The notes under the pieces are model-generated. The model was not told the DNA's origin, did no database searches, and worked only from the letters and a program-made list of their open reading frames with translations. Both the position numbers and the translations under genes were made by a program. A stretch of DNA of 62,998 nt, the filler included. It is 7 parts of 7 records of this genome, joined end to end, with 100 filler letters (N's around TTAATTAATTAA, not from the genome) between each part and the next. Parts side by side here need not be neighbours in the genome. Positions count along the whole stretch, not along the records: positions 1 to 15,117 come from DRR723986_47386; positions 15,218 to 22,817 come from DRR723986_47442; 5 more parts are not named here. One strand, given 5' to 3'. Shown here piece by piece: positions 10,765 through 19,390 of this stretch (positions within the stretch are counted from its first letter, which is position 1; every line of letters begins with the position of its first letter).

Positions 10765-12408
10765 TTAAATATTTCTTCCCGTATTGATCACGTTCACACC
10801 GTCAAAACGGGTAGTTGAACTGCCATGAGAAACTGCTGATGATTGTGAAGGTTGACCTTTGCCATCGTTGAATGACCCGAAGAACCTGTAATCATCTTCA
10901 TCACATATTTGGGAGCAAGAATTCCAAAACTCCTGCGTGTTGGACTGATAAGCTACATCTTCTAGCATTCCTTCGATTTTACCATCCTTGATTTCGTAGA
11001 ACAACTGACCTCCAAACTGGAAGTTGTAACGCTGCTGATCGATGGAATATGAACCTCGTCCAAGGATGTAAATCCCTTTTTCGACATTCTTAATCATATC
11101 AGCTGGACTCAACTTTTCTTTACCAGGACGCAAAGAAACATTGGGCATACGCTGGAACTGAACTGAACTCCAATTATCTGCAAAAGCACAACCGTTGGAT
11201 TCCTTTTCTCCTAAAATTTGAACTTGATCACGGATAGCCTGATAATTCACAAGAATTCCATCCTTGATCAGATCCCACTCCTTACATTTTACGCCTTCAT
11301 CGTCATAGCCTGTATTTCCCAGAGAATAAGGCTGAATCTTATCTGCAACAATATTTACCTTATCAGAACCATACTTAAAGTCACCAGATTTCCATTTGTC
11401 CAGTGTAGCAAAGCTAGTACCGGCATAATTTGCCTCATAGCCCAGTACACGGTCTAACTCAAGCGGGTGACCTACAGATTCATGAATCGTCAGTCCTAAG
11501 TGATCAGGGTCGAGTACTAGGTCATATTTGCCAGGGATCACTGATTTTGCGGAGATTTTCTCTTTGGCATGTTTCGCTGCATTGACTGCATCTTCCACCA
11601 TGTCATACGAATTTTTATAGCTATTAAAGCCAGCAGGATTCATCATTTTATCCTTGGCTAAGCCATCCATGTATTCATAGCCCATTCCCATAGGAGCACT
11701 TAGTGCTTGCCTGCTTCGGAATCCGCCGGCACCTTTGTTCACAGCGGTGACTGAAAACGTAGGCCAGATCCTGTGGATATCCTGATCAATATAAGAACCA
11801 TCGGTAGAAGCAAAATATTTCTGCTCATTGATTACAAATAGTGCGGAGTTGACAAAAGCAGCGCCGTTGTCCATCGCAGAATTATTCACGTTTAGAAGTA
11901 GGTCGATTTTATCCTTAACAGGGATTTCCATCGCATTCTTCTGAATAGGGGTATTCCAAGTCACTTCCCCATGACCGCTTACTGGAGCAAGCACTACAGG
12001 TTCCTTTTGCAATTTGGAATTCGCTTTTGCGATAGCCACGGCGGTTTCTGCACAGCTCTTAATGCCATCTGGTGTCACATCTGAAGTAGCAGAAAAACCC
12101 CAAGTACCGTTTGCTATCACTCGAATGCCAACCCCAAACGTCTCTGAATTTGAGATATTTTGAACGTTTTTCTCTCTTGTGCTTACATTTTGACGCAAGT
12201 ATCTTCCGATACGAACATCAGTGTAAGTAGCGCCTTTGGTTCTGGCGGCATTCAATGCTATGTCTGCAAGTACTTTCTTAGCCGCTGGATCCATACCTGG
12301 CTCAAGCAATTGCTCAGCCGATACAGGATTTCCCAACATGACTAACCCGGAGGTGGCGAGGGCTCCTAGCCCCATCCCGGAAAGGTGGATAAAATCTCTT
12401 CTTTTCAT
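10765..12408 (-). CDS. tldD: TldD-family metalloprotease with twin-arginine (Tat) signal peptide
   Basis: HESVGHPLELDR, DDEG, QRMPN; N-terminus MKRRDFIHLSG followed by a hydrophobic stretch. Confidence 0.9.
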   Translation of the reverse strand: MKRRDFIHLSGMGLGALATSGLVMLGNPVSAEQLLEPGMDPAAKKVLADIALNAARTKGATYTDVRIGRYLRQNVSTREKNVQNISNSETFGVGIRVIANGTWGFSATSDVTPDGIKSCAETAVAIAKANSKLQKEPVVLAPVSGHGEVTWNTPIQKNAMEIPVKDKIDLLLNVNNSAMDNGAAFVNSALFVINEQKYFASTDGSYIDQDIHRIWPTFSVTAVNKGAGGFRSRQALSAPMGMGYEYMDGLAKDKMMNPAGFNSYKNSYDMVEDAVNAAKHAKEKISAKSVIPGKYDLVLDPDHLGLTIHESVGHPLELDRVLGYEANYAGTSFATLDKWKSGDFKYGSDKVNIVADKIQPYSLGNTGYDDEGVKCKEWDLIKDGILVNYQAIRDQVQILGEKESNGCAFADNWSSVQFQRMPNVSLRPGKEKLSPADMIKNVEKGIYILGRGSYSIDQQRYNFQFGGQLFYEIKDGKIEGMLEDVAYQSNTQEFWNSCSQICDEDDYRFFGSFNDGKGQPSQSSAVSHGSSTTRFDGVNVINTGRNI

Positions 12409-12764
12409 GGTTTAAATTTGACAAGTAGTAGGTCACATTGAATCTCCTATGCAACATATTCTACGATTGGTAGGATATTTTCATATTGGATTTCAATTTG
12501 ATCTACTGGTTAAAGTGTTTGGTTTATATTCTTAGGGTTAAAACAATGTTTAATACTTCTATCAAAGTACTGTTATCCTTGGATTAAGAAAAATAAAAAT
12601 ACAGACTCGGTAAAAATTCAGGGTGCAAATTGAAAAATCCCTGTTGGGAATTCTAAAATCCTAATTTTTTTGACCCTTAGATTGTAAAAACTTTAAAACT
12701 TGGAGAAAGGGAATTGGCTGATTTTATTGATGTATTGCCAAGATTGATAAACCTGCTTCTAGTA

Positions 12765-13373
12765 TCACCTCACGATCGTCCGGAAGGTCAAATTGACTCT
12801 AGGTTTAGAAACCAGCTTTGTTGGGGGTAGTCTATGAAGCCAATGCGTCTGAGTAGTTCCTTTCATCACGAGCAAACTCCCATTTTCTAAAATCTGAGAA
12901 ACAGTCTCTTTGGTTACCTTATGCTTGAAAGCAAACTTCCGCTCAGCTCCAAAGCTCACCGAAGCAATAGCACCATCCTTTTTCAAGTCCGTTTCCCCAT
13001 CACTATGCCAAGCCATCCCCTCACTCCCATTGTGATATAAATTCAGCAAGCAGGAATTGAAGGTTTCCCCAGTTTTCTTTTCTACAATCTCCTTTAACTC
13101 CAACAATTCCTTGGTCCATGGCAATGCCGTCTTGGTGTTATTAGAATAAGTGTATTCAAAAGGCTTTTCGGCATACCAAGCCACTTTACGCTTGGTTTCT
13201 ATTCGCTTTCCAAAAATCACTGCTACATCATTCTTCCATTGAATCTCATTCAATAAGTAATCCAGATAGTCCAAAGCACTGGCTGAGGGCATAATCTTTC
13301 CAAAGTAATTTACTACACCGTCTTTGGGTAGCAGATTTGTATTTTCTAATGAATCCTGATTGAATAAATCCAT
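12765..13373 (-). CDS. alkB: Alpha-ketoglutarate-dependent dioxygenase AlkB family (ALKBH2/3-like)
   Basis: FNSCLLNLY, WHSD, SVSFGAERKF, HRLP, RVNLTFR. Confidence 0.9.
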   Translation of the reverse strand: MDLFNQDSLENTNLLPKDGVVNYFGKIMPSASALDYLDYLLNEIQWKNDVAVIFGKRIETKRKVAWYAEKPFEYTYSNNTKTALPWTKELLELKEIVEKKTGETFNSCLLNLYHNGSEGMAWHSDGETDLKKDGAIASVSFGAERKFAFKHKVTKETVSQILENGSLLVMKGTTQTHWLHRLPPTKLVSKPRVNLTFRTIVR

Positions 13374-13381
13374 TCTCTAAT

Positions 13382-14230
13382 TTATACTTCTTGGTTTAGC
13401 TGGGCAGCTTCCCAACCTATAATTGCTGACTTTCTGGTATTCCCCCACATATAGCCACCGATTTTGCCGCTGGATTGAATTACTCGATGGCAGGGGATCA
13501 GGAAAGCAACAGGATTACTCCCAATTGCAGTTCCAATAGCGCGGGAAGCTTTTGGTTTTTCTATTTTCTCAGCTATGCTACCGTAAGTAGTCAGATTTCC
13601 CATTGGGATCTTCAGAAGGGCATCCCAAACCTTCAATTGAAAAGGAGTACCATTCAAATGCAACTTGATTTGATTGAGTTTGTTCCAGTCATGCTGAAAA
13701 ATATACAAAGCTTCTTGCTGAATTTTATCCACCAACTGATGATAATTCGCATTGGGAAAGCGGGCTTTCATGGTAGATTCTCCTTCTTCCTGATCTGAGA
13801 AAAAGGCCATGTGGCAAATGCCTTTGGAAGTGGAAGCCACAATGATTTCTCCAAAAGGACTTTCTGCAAAGCTGTAATTGATCTGAAGGTTTTCTCCCCC
13901 ATTCTTGAATTCGCCTGGAGTCATTCCCTCAATTTTAACAAACAAATCATGAAGTCTGCCAGTGCTTGAAAGCCCAGTTTCCTGAGCGGCTTCAAAAAGT
14001 GTAGCTTCTTTGCCTTTCAAAAGCTGCTTGGCATATTCCACACTTAGAAACTGCATAAATTTCTTTGGGCTCAATCCTGCCCAATCCCTAAACATACGCT
14101 GAAAGTGAAACGGACTCAGATGTACTTGCTCTGCAATTTCCTCCAATGAAGGTTGGCTTTTGAAATTAGCCTGTATATAAGCTATCGCTTCGGCGATACG
14201 ATGGAAATTGATGGATTGACTTTCGTTCAT
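13382..14230 (-). CDS. ada: AraC-HTH / O6-methylguanine-DNA methyltransferase fusion (Ada-like, lacking the Zn-binding N-domain)
   Basis: SPFHFQRMF HTH, GTPFQ, active site PCHRV. Confidence 0.9.
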   Translation of the reverse strand: MNESQSINFHRIAEAIAYIQANFKSQPSLEEIAEQVHLSPFHFQRMFRDWAGLSPKKFMQFLSVEYAKQLLKGKEATLFEAAQETGLSSTGRLHDLFVKIEGMTPGEFKNGGENLQINYSFAESPFGEIIVASTSKGICHMAFFSDQEEGESTMKARFPNANYHQLVDKIQQEALYIFQHDWNKLNQIKLHLNGTPFQLKVWDALLKIPMGNLTTYGSIAEKIEKPKASRAIGTAIGSNPVAFLIPCHRVIQSSGKIGGYMWGNTRKSAIIGWEAAQLNQEV

Positions 14231-14250
14231 ATTCTGAATGCTAGGTTATC

Positions 14251-14258
14251 CAAAAGTA
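14251..14258 (-). promoter_or_regulatory. Bacteroidota -7 promoter element upstream of ada
   Basis: TACTTTTG on the minus strand matches TAnnTTTG, 20 nt upstream of the ATG. Confidence 0.55.
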
Positions 14259-14316
14259 CCCTGAATAAGGAAATTGCGAAACCCGATTCTTGCGGAGTTT
14301 GAGACTGGAGTACTAC

Positions 14317-14534
14317 TTATTCTGCTTTACCCTTAAGCATCGCATAAATTGCCATCGCATGTCCATGACCAATTTCAAAGTCCTGCTTTAGCCTATTAGC
14401 AATTTCTGTAGCCTTAATACCTGAGGTGGTTATTCCACTTGATAAAACCCTCTTTCAGAAGCAAGTCCTTTAAAATCTTCTCGGCTCTTACCAGTCTTTG
14501 CTTGAATATTGGCTAAATAGGCTAGAAAGGACAC
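14317..14534 (-). pseudogene. DUF4287-family small protein, frameshifted
   Basis: MSFLAYLANIQAKTGKS...ERGF continues in another frame as LSSG...DFEIGHGHAMAIYAMLKG; 218 nt, one base short at the T-run near 14444-14447; absent from the ORF track. Confidence 0.75.
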
Positions 14535-14535
14535 C

Positions 14536-14922
14536 TTAGTAGGTTTTGAGGGCTGAATTTAGCTTATGGTAATAGCTATAGGATACTGCCAAAATAGCCA
14601 GGATGATTAGAGGAAAGATGGTTTGAAATCCAAAACCATCTACAGCCCAATGGCTGATGCAGGCAAAAATAAAATCGAAGGTGAATCCAGCATATGCCCA
14701 TTCTTTCACACGCTTTGGGAATTTTGGAATCATCAGTATCAAAGTGCCACATACTTTAAAAACAACTAATGCATTTCCGAAATACAGGGGGTATCCAAGG
14801 TGACGGATCCCTTCTTTCGCAAGTTCAGTTTGGGATGTAAGAGCCGGCATTAGCCCTTCAAATAGGAAAATAAAGCTTGTTGCTGTCCAGAAAATGATTT
14901 TGTCTCTTTTAGTAGGATCCAT
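14536..14922 (-). CDS. DoxX-like family membrane protein
   Basis: IIFWTAT, HLGYP.YF, KEWAYAGF; likely start MDPTK at 14922. Confidence 0.85.
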   Translation of the reverse strand: MDPTKRDKIIFWTATSFIFLFEGLMPALTSQTELAKEGIRHLGYPLYFGNALVVFKVCGTLILMIPKFPKRVKEWAYAGFTFDFIFACISHWAVDGFGFQTIFPLIILAILAVSYSYYHKLNSALKTY

Positions 14923-15117
14923 CTTTTTACGTTTTAAATGATAGTCAAAGATTAAATTGTTGACATAATTTGACACGGTGGATTAATGACAAAGAGGAGG
15001 TGATTTGCGAAGGAGAAAATTGATGGGGCTTTTCAATACTGATCGAGCCGTTGGCACTCAATTTAAAAAATCGAATTCCATATGACGCAGAATTGCATTC
15101 TGGGCTTTTATAGGCCT

Positions 15118-15217
15118 NNNNNNNNNNNNNNNNNNNNNNNNNNNNNNNNNNNNNNNNNNNNTTAATTAATTAANNNNNNNNNNNNNNNNNNNNNNNNNNN
15201 NNNNNNNNNNNNNNNNN
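15118..15217. other. Artificial contig linker
   Basis: N44-TTAATTAATTAA-N44, with stops in all frames. Confidence 0.98.
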
Positions 15218-15340
15218 CAGAAAGATGTTGGGCAGAAAGATGTTGGGACCCTGCTTTCAACGCTGTGTGGTCGGTAGGGCAGAAATATGATTGCGGTGTT
15301 GCGCTTTGATTTTATCTTTTTGCCTTACATATTTTTGCCA
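15218..15340. repeat. 15-bp-unit GGCA(A/G)AAAGATG repeats downstream of the GxxExxY gene, in both orientations
   Basis: CAGAAAGATGTTG-GGCAGAAAGATGTTG, GGCAGAAATATG, then inverted ATCTTTTTGCCTTAC-ATATTTTTGCCA. Confidence 0.85.
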
Positions 15341-15341
15341 G

Positions 15342-16127
15342 CTACTCAATGGTTGAGAATGTGACTTTCCCGCTCTTGATGTTTGCCCAATGAATGGCTT
15401 TCAAAGCGGTGTGGTCAAGCAATCGTTTGCAATGGGCACGGAAGTCTTTTAACTCTCCGTGTATGGATGTCAGTTTGAACGCCACGTCGGGGGCTGCCAA
15501 TCGCATTCGTTGCTGCCCGATACTGCCGCGGGTGCCGTTGACTGATATTTGGTGGAGTATGGGTTCCCCTTCACTCAGGCTGTTTAGCATTGCTTCTTCA
15601 TACAGAGGCAAGGTGAGCCCGGTTCCCCAGTCACGCAATAAGCTCACCAGCTTGTCGCGAAACGCGACGGCTCCCGCGACCGACAACTTCAACTGACTGC
15701 TGTCTATATCGAACTTTTGCAGGTCCGGAGTGCTTTGAAGGCAGTTGACGAATTCATGCTGGATTCTTTCCGTTCGTGTGTTCACGATTTTTCCGTGTGA
15801 CAGATCGAATAACAGAAGGTACTGAATGGCTTGACTTCGATGTTTGGGATGAAACGCCGTGGCAGCTTTGAATTCAAACAGGCCCGATCCTGAAACGATC
15901 ACGTCTGCGAAAAGTCGTTTATGGAAATTCCCATGAACCAAATCAACGGGTGCTTCCAAAACAACATTGTCCATCCGGTCAGCCAGCTCTCTCTTGTAGA
16001 TCGCCTCATCGAACAACCTGCCAAACTCGTTGTGGATAGCGAATGCATGCCGCATCACTTCATGGGATAGCTCTTTGAACGCTTCCTGCGAGATCCTTGT
16101 CGTTTGAATGGAAGGAATGATTGGCAT
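15342..16127 (-). CDS. GxxExxY protein (PD-(D/E)XK nuclease-like) with a second, degenerate copy of the domain
   Basis: IHNEFGRLFDEAIY, ADVIV...FEFKA, second motif WGTGLTLPLY; likely start MPIIP at 16127, as the upstream extension translates the repeats. Confidence 0.8.
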   Translation of the reverse strand: MPIIPSIQTTRISQEAFKELSHEVMRHAFAIHNEFGRLFDEAIYKRELADRMDNVVLEAPVDLVHGNFHKRLFADVIVSGSGLFEFKAATAFHPKHRSQAIQYLLLFDLSHGKIVNTRTERIQHEFVNCLQSTPDLQKFDIDSSQLKLSVAGAVAFRDKLVSLLRDWGTGLTLPLYEEAMLNSLSEGEPILHQISVNGTRGSIGQQRMRLAAPDVAFKLTSIHGELKDFRAHCKRLLDHTALKAIHWANIKSGKVTFSTIE

Positions 16128-16159
16128 GGTTGTGGGCTGTGAGCCGGCGTTGACTGGAT

Positions 16160-16205
16160 TGGCAAAAAGATGTGGGGCAAAAAGATGTAGGGCAGGAATG
16201 TGTAG
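16160..16205. repeat. Three tandem 15-bp units upstream of the GxxExxY gene
   Basis: GGCAAAAAGATGTGG-GGCAAAAAGATGTAG-GGCAGGAATGTGTAG. Confidence 0.9.
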
Positions 16206-16207
16206 GC

Positions 16208-18928
16208 TCACTTGCTTCGAAATGGTTGGCTTAGAATAACTCCTTCCAGCAGTGAACGGATTGGATAGCTGTCGTCTTTTGTTTCACGGAGAATCGCTTC
16301 AACGATCTTGTGGTCAGCGAACGATACGCCTGCGCCGGTTGCGAAGGTGAGGAAACGCTCGGTCAGGTTTCTTGCAAGCTGCTCGTCCTGCTCGATCAGG
16401 TATTCACGGAACTGGTGAATGTCGACAAACGCTTGCCCTTCTTGAGTCACGCCTGACGCATCGACCGGCAGTCCTTTCTTGTAGCGTACTTTTCGTAAGG
16501 CAACTGCAAGATCGACGTTCTCGCCTTTCTCGAAACTGCGGTAGTGCTCGCGCCATTTGCCCATCACGTCGAAGTTTTCCAGCGCGAAGCCTGGAGGGTC
16601 GATCGATGCGTGGCAGCCGGCACAGGACTTCGATTGACTGTGCCTGGCAAGCAGCTCGCGGACCGTTGTGGCACCGCGAGTGTCAGGTTCGATCGAACCC
16701 GCGCCCGGCGGTGGCGGGGAAGGCGGTTGGCCCAGGATCCGATCCATCACCCAGACGCCTCGAAGCACCGGTGATGTTGTCAGTCCGTTGGCCGTTACCT
16801 TCATCACACTGGACTGAGTCAGTATGCCTCCGTACGGCGAGTCGGGAGGGATCGGCACACGTCGAATGGCTTTTCCTTTGACGCCTTCGATGCCATAAAC
16901 TTCAGCGAGTCTTTGATTGATCATCAGGAAGTCGGAGTCGACGACCGATTTCGCTGGCAGGTTTTGGCGGAGCATCTCTGCAAAGGTTGCTTCCGTTTCC
17001 TCCACACACGACTCGACGACAAAACTGTCCGAGAAGTACTCGGGGAATAAATAACGATCCGGTGAGGTGTCATGCACGTTGCGCAGATCGAGCCACTGCC
17101 CGGTGAAGTCACTGATGAAACGCTGTGATTTTGGATCACGAAGCATGCGGTTGAACTGTGTCTTTAGTCCAGTGTCCGTGAGCAAGTCACCGGACTCAGC
17201 CGATTTCAGTAGTTCGTCATCGGGCAGCGACCGCCACAGCAGATAAGAAAGGCGTGATGCGAGTGCCAGGCCGTCCAAATTGTAGTCGCCGGCAGATGGT
17301 CGCCTTTCGCCCCGCCAAAGTAGCGCTTTTTCGCGGAGCGATTGGTGACTCTCATTCCGCTGTAACACTTCCTGCAAGTACAAAAAGTCCGGCGAACACA
17401 GGGCCGCTTTGAAGGCCAATCGCATCGCATCCTGAAAGCACGCCCGATCATCGATTGCGTCGACCGCGAACGCGAGGCACCGTTGCACCTCCGATTCTTC
17501 AGGAGTGCGCCGGTAAGCCCGCGTCATGAAACTTCGCAGCAACCGTTCTGCGTCTTTGTGTGGATGCTTCGAAACGACCATCATCATCTCTGGCGGGAGC
17601 TGATACGCTTCTCGCAGCCCTCGTTTGTTCGCTGTCAGGTCAGGACGATTCAGCGGTTCAGGGGGACGCAGACCGCTCTCCTTTGTCCACGGTTGCATCG
17701 GTAAGTCGCCGAACAGCTTCTGGTAACTCGCTGAAGGCCATGACTGCTGCGTCGCCTTCCGCGTGCAAGCCTCGTCAGCAAACGGGCCTTCGATTTCAAT
17801 CCAATCCACCGCGACGCCATGGCCACGGTAGGTTTTCATGAAGGCCTCGTGTGCTTCTCGCTTCGCCTTCGCATCCTTCTTTTTTGTTTTCAGTGAGACT
17901 TGTCGGTCGTCCGCGGTCGCATAGAAGAACTCCAGCAATTCTTTTTCGCGTTGCCACGCGGTGAACTCAACGATGCCACCATCCGGGCCTTCGGGAACGT
18001 CGAACTTTCCGAGAATGCGTTTGGCGGCCGTGTTGATCCAGGCGACCTGGCCTTTCTCAGGTGGCAGCAGTTTGCCTTTGTCCCACAGCGTCGCGCGGCA
18101 GCGAACGCGGAAGCGATACCAGCCGGGAATCTGCTGCGAAGTGTTGCGAATGCGTCGAGGAGCCTGAGCACTATTAGGTTGTTGCCAAAACCACGTCCAT
18201 TCCGGCCGATTATCGAGGCTGCCGAAACGCTCCTTCCAATCGCGACCGAGATACCGCCCCTCTTCGCTAAACCATGTTCGCACAGTCGTCGGCTTCGGGG
18301 CGGGCCGCAATCGCATGGCACCGTCAATGGCAACCTCGGCGGCTTCCAGATAGCGCGCCAGTTGCACGTACGAAATTTCCTGAGCAGCCGCGACGTTGTC
18401 GAATCCGTGAGCTTCCGGATCCGGGGGCAGCATTTCCTTCAATTCCAACCACGGAGCGGCAAGCAAGTCGCGCAGCGTGTATTCGTATTCGACAGGGTTC
18501 AGCCGCCGACCACCGACGCGACCATGTGTACGATAACGCTGCTTCCAGAGATCGTTGAGTTGGCTTTCAATGAGTTTGACGAACTGAGTGATCTCGTTCG
18601 CCGCAGGCCGCTCTTCTTCTTCGGGTGGCATTTCTCCGGCAAGGACTCGATCATGCACCTTCGCCCACTTCGCGAGCGCGATCGGATCGTCAGAGTCGAG
18701 GTTCAATTCCGTTAGATTCAACCCGCCTTCTGAAGTCGAGTCGTCATGGCAGTGAATGCAGTGGTTTTGCAGGAAAGCTTGAGGCGTTGAAAAGTCGTCC
18801 GCAGCCGCGAAATGAGCACAGAGGGTGCACAGCAGCGTTGCCAGGTAACTAAGCGTGTAAATGAGAGGTCTTCGTCGCGATGCAATCCATCGCTTGTGCG
18901 TTCGGCTTTCAATTCTACCAGGCATCAA
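16208..18928 (-). CDS. Planctomycete cytochrome c / DUF1587-DUF1595-DUF1592-DUF1588-DUF1585 protein
   Basis: CIHCH and CAGCH haem motifs, RRLNPVEY, GFDN, LASRLSY, FTGQWL, TSPVLRGVW, GFALENFD; start uncertain. Confidence 0.9.
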   Translation of the reverse strand: MMPGRIESRTHKRWIASRRRPLIYTLSYLATLLCTLCAHFAAADDFSTPQAFLQNHCIHCHDDSTSEGGLNLTELNLDSDDPIALAKWAKVHDRVLAGEMPPEEEERPAANEITQFVKLIESQLNDLWKQRYRTHGRVGGRRLNPVEYEYTLRDLLAAPWLELKEMLPPDPEAHGFDNVAAAQEISYVQLARYLEAAEVAIDGAMRLRPAPKPTTVRTWFSEEGRYLGRDWKERFGSLDNRPEWTWFWQQPNSAQAPRRIRNTSQQIPGWYRFRVRCRATLWDKGKLLPPEKGQVAWINTAAKRILGKFDVPEGPDGGIVEFTAWQREKELLEFFYATADDRQVSLKTKKKDAKAKREAHEAFMKTYRGHGVAVDWIEIEGPFADEACTRKATQQSWPSASYQKLFGDLPMQPWTKESGLRPPEPLNRPDLTANKRGLREAYQLPPEMMMVVSKHPHKDAERLLRSFMTRAYRRTPEESEVQRCLAFAVDAIDDRACFQDAMRLAFKAALCSPDFLYLQEVLQRNESHQSLREKALLWRGERRPSAGDYNLDGLALASRLSYLLWRSLPDDELLKSAESGDLLTDTGLKTQFNRMLRDPKSQRFISDFTGQWLDLRNVHDTSPDRYLFPEYFSDSFVVESCVEETEATFAEMLRQNLPAKSVVDSDFLMINQRLAEVYGIEGVKGKAIRRVPIPPDSPYGGILTQSSVMKVTANGLTTSPVLRGVWVMDRILGQPPSPPPPGAGSIEPDTRGATTVRELLARHSQSKSCAGCHASIDPPGFALENFDVMGKWREHYRSFEKGENVDLAVALRKVRYKKGLPVDASGVTQEGQAFVDIHQFREYLIEQDEQLARNLTERFLTFATGAGVSFADHKIVEAILRETKDDSYPIRSLLEGVILSQPFRSK
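17299..17349. repeat. Degenerate REP-like palindrome inserted in frame in the DUF1592 gene
   Basis: GTCGCCTTTCGCCCCGCCAAAG...TTTTCGCGGAGCGATTGGTGAC, 16/22 complementary, 51 nt. Confidence 0.65.
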
Positions 18929-19320
18929 ACCGGCTCCTTCGGCCTTCCAATGTTCCCGTGCTTGATGTGAACGGATTGATCCCGCCGAGATCAGCGTTGT
19001 GCGGCATCGACACGAAACAGATTACATGTGGGTGTGTTGCTGCCTTTAGGACTCGAAAGATTTGCGTGTTCGAAATGTGTCCTGACCAGCGACCAAGAGT
19101 CATACTCGTTGAGAATGACCTAGTTGTGACTATACCAGGTACGACGGTCCATTATCGGCGGTGCAATTTATGAATGCAGATACAAGGGCATTGCTCGGTT
19201 ATCTGCTTAACCAGTTCCGTAAGTGTCCTGTTTAAAAGCAACTGAGCACTTGAATATGCAAATCTCAAAAGGCACTGTCAGTCTTGACTGAGCTGCGAGG
19301 GGTCAGGGCATTCAATGATC

Positions 19321-19364
19321 TTGGCGCAGTACATTTGTAGTGCTAGAATGCGTACAAATGTACT
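19321..19364 (+). promoter_or_regulatory. Sigma70 promoter with two BlaI/CopY-type operators
   Basis: TTGGCG-N17-TAGAAT (with TG extension); TACATTTGTA and TACAAATGTA boxes form the perfect 12-bp inverted repeat AGTACATTTGTA/TACAAATGTACT. Confidence 0.8.
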
Positions 19365-19390
19365 AGGTTGTGCGTGTTTGATGGAGCGTT

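Noticed and set aside
14440-14452. Programmed -1 frameshift at GGGTTTT in DUF4287
   Set aside because: The heptamer is not in the X-XXY-YYZ phase of the upstream frame; a simple deletion or sequencing error is more likely.
16128-16211. N-terminal 28 aa of the 289-aa GxxExxY ORF (LHLFAPHLFA)
   Set aside because: Translation of the 15-bp repeats; the ATG at 16127 is the more plausible start.
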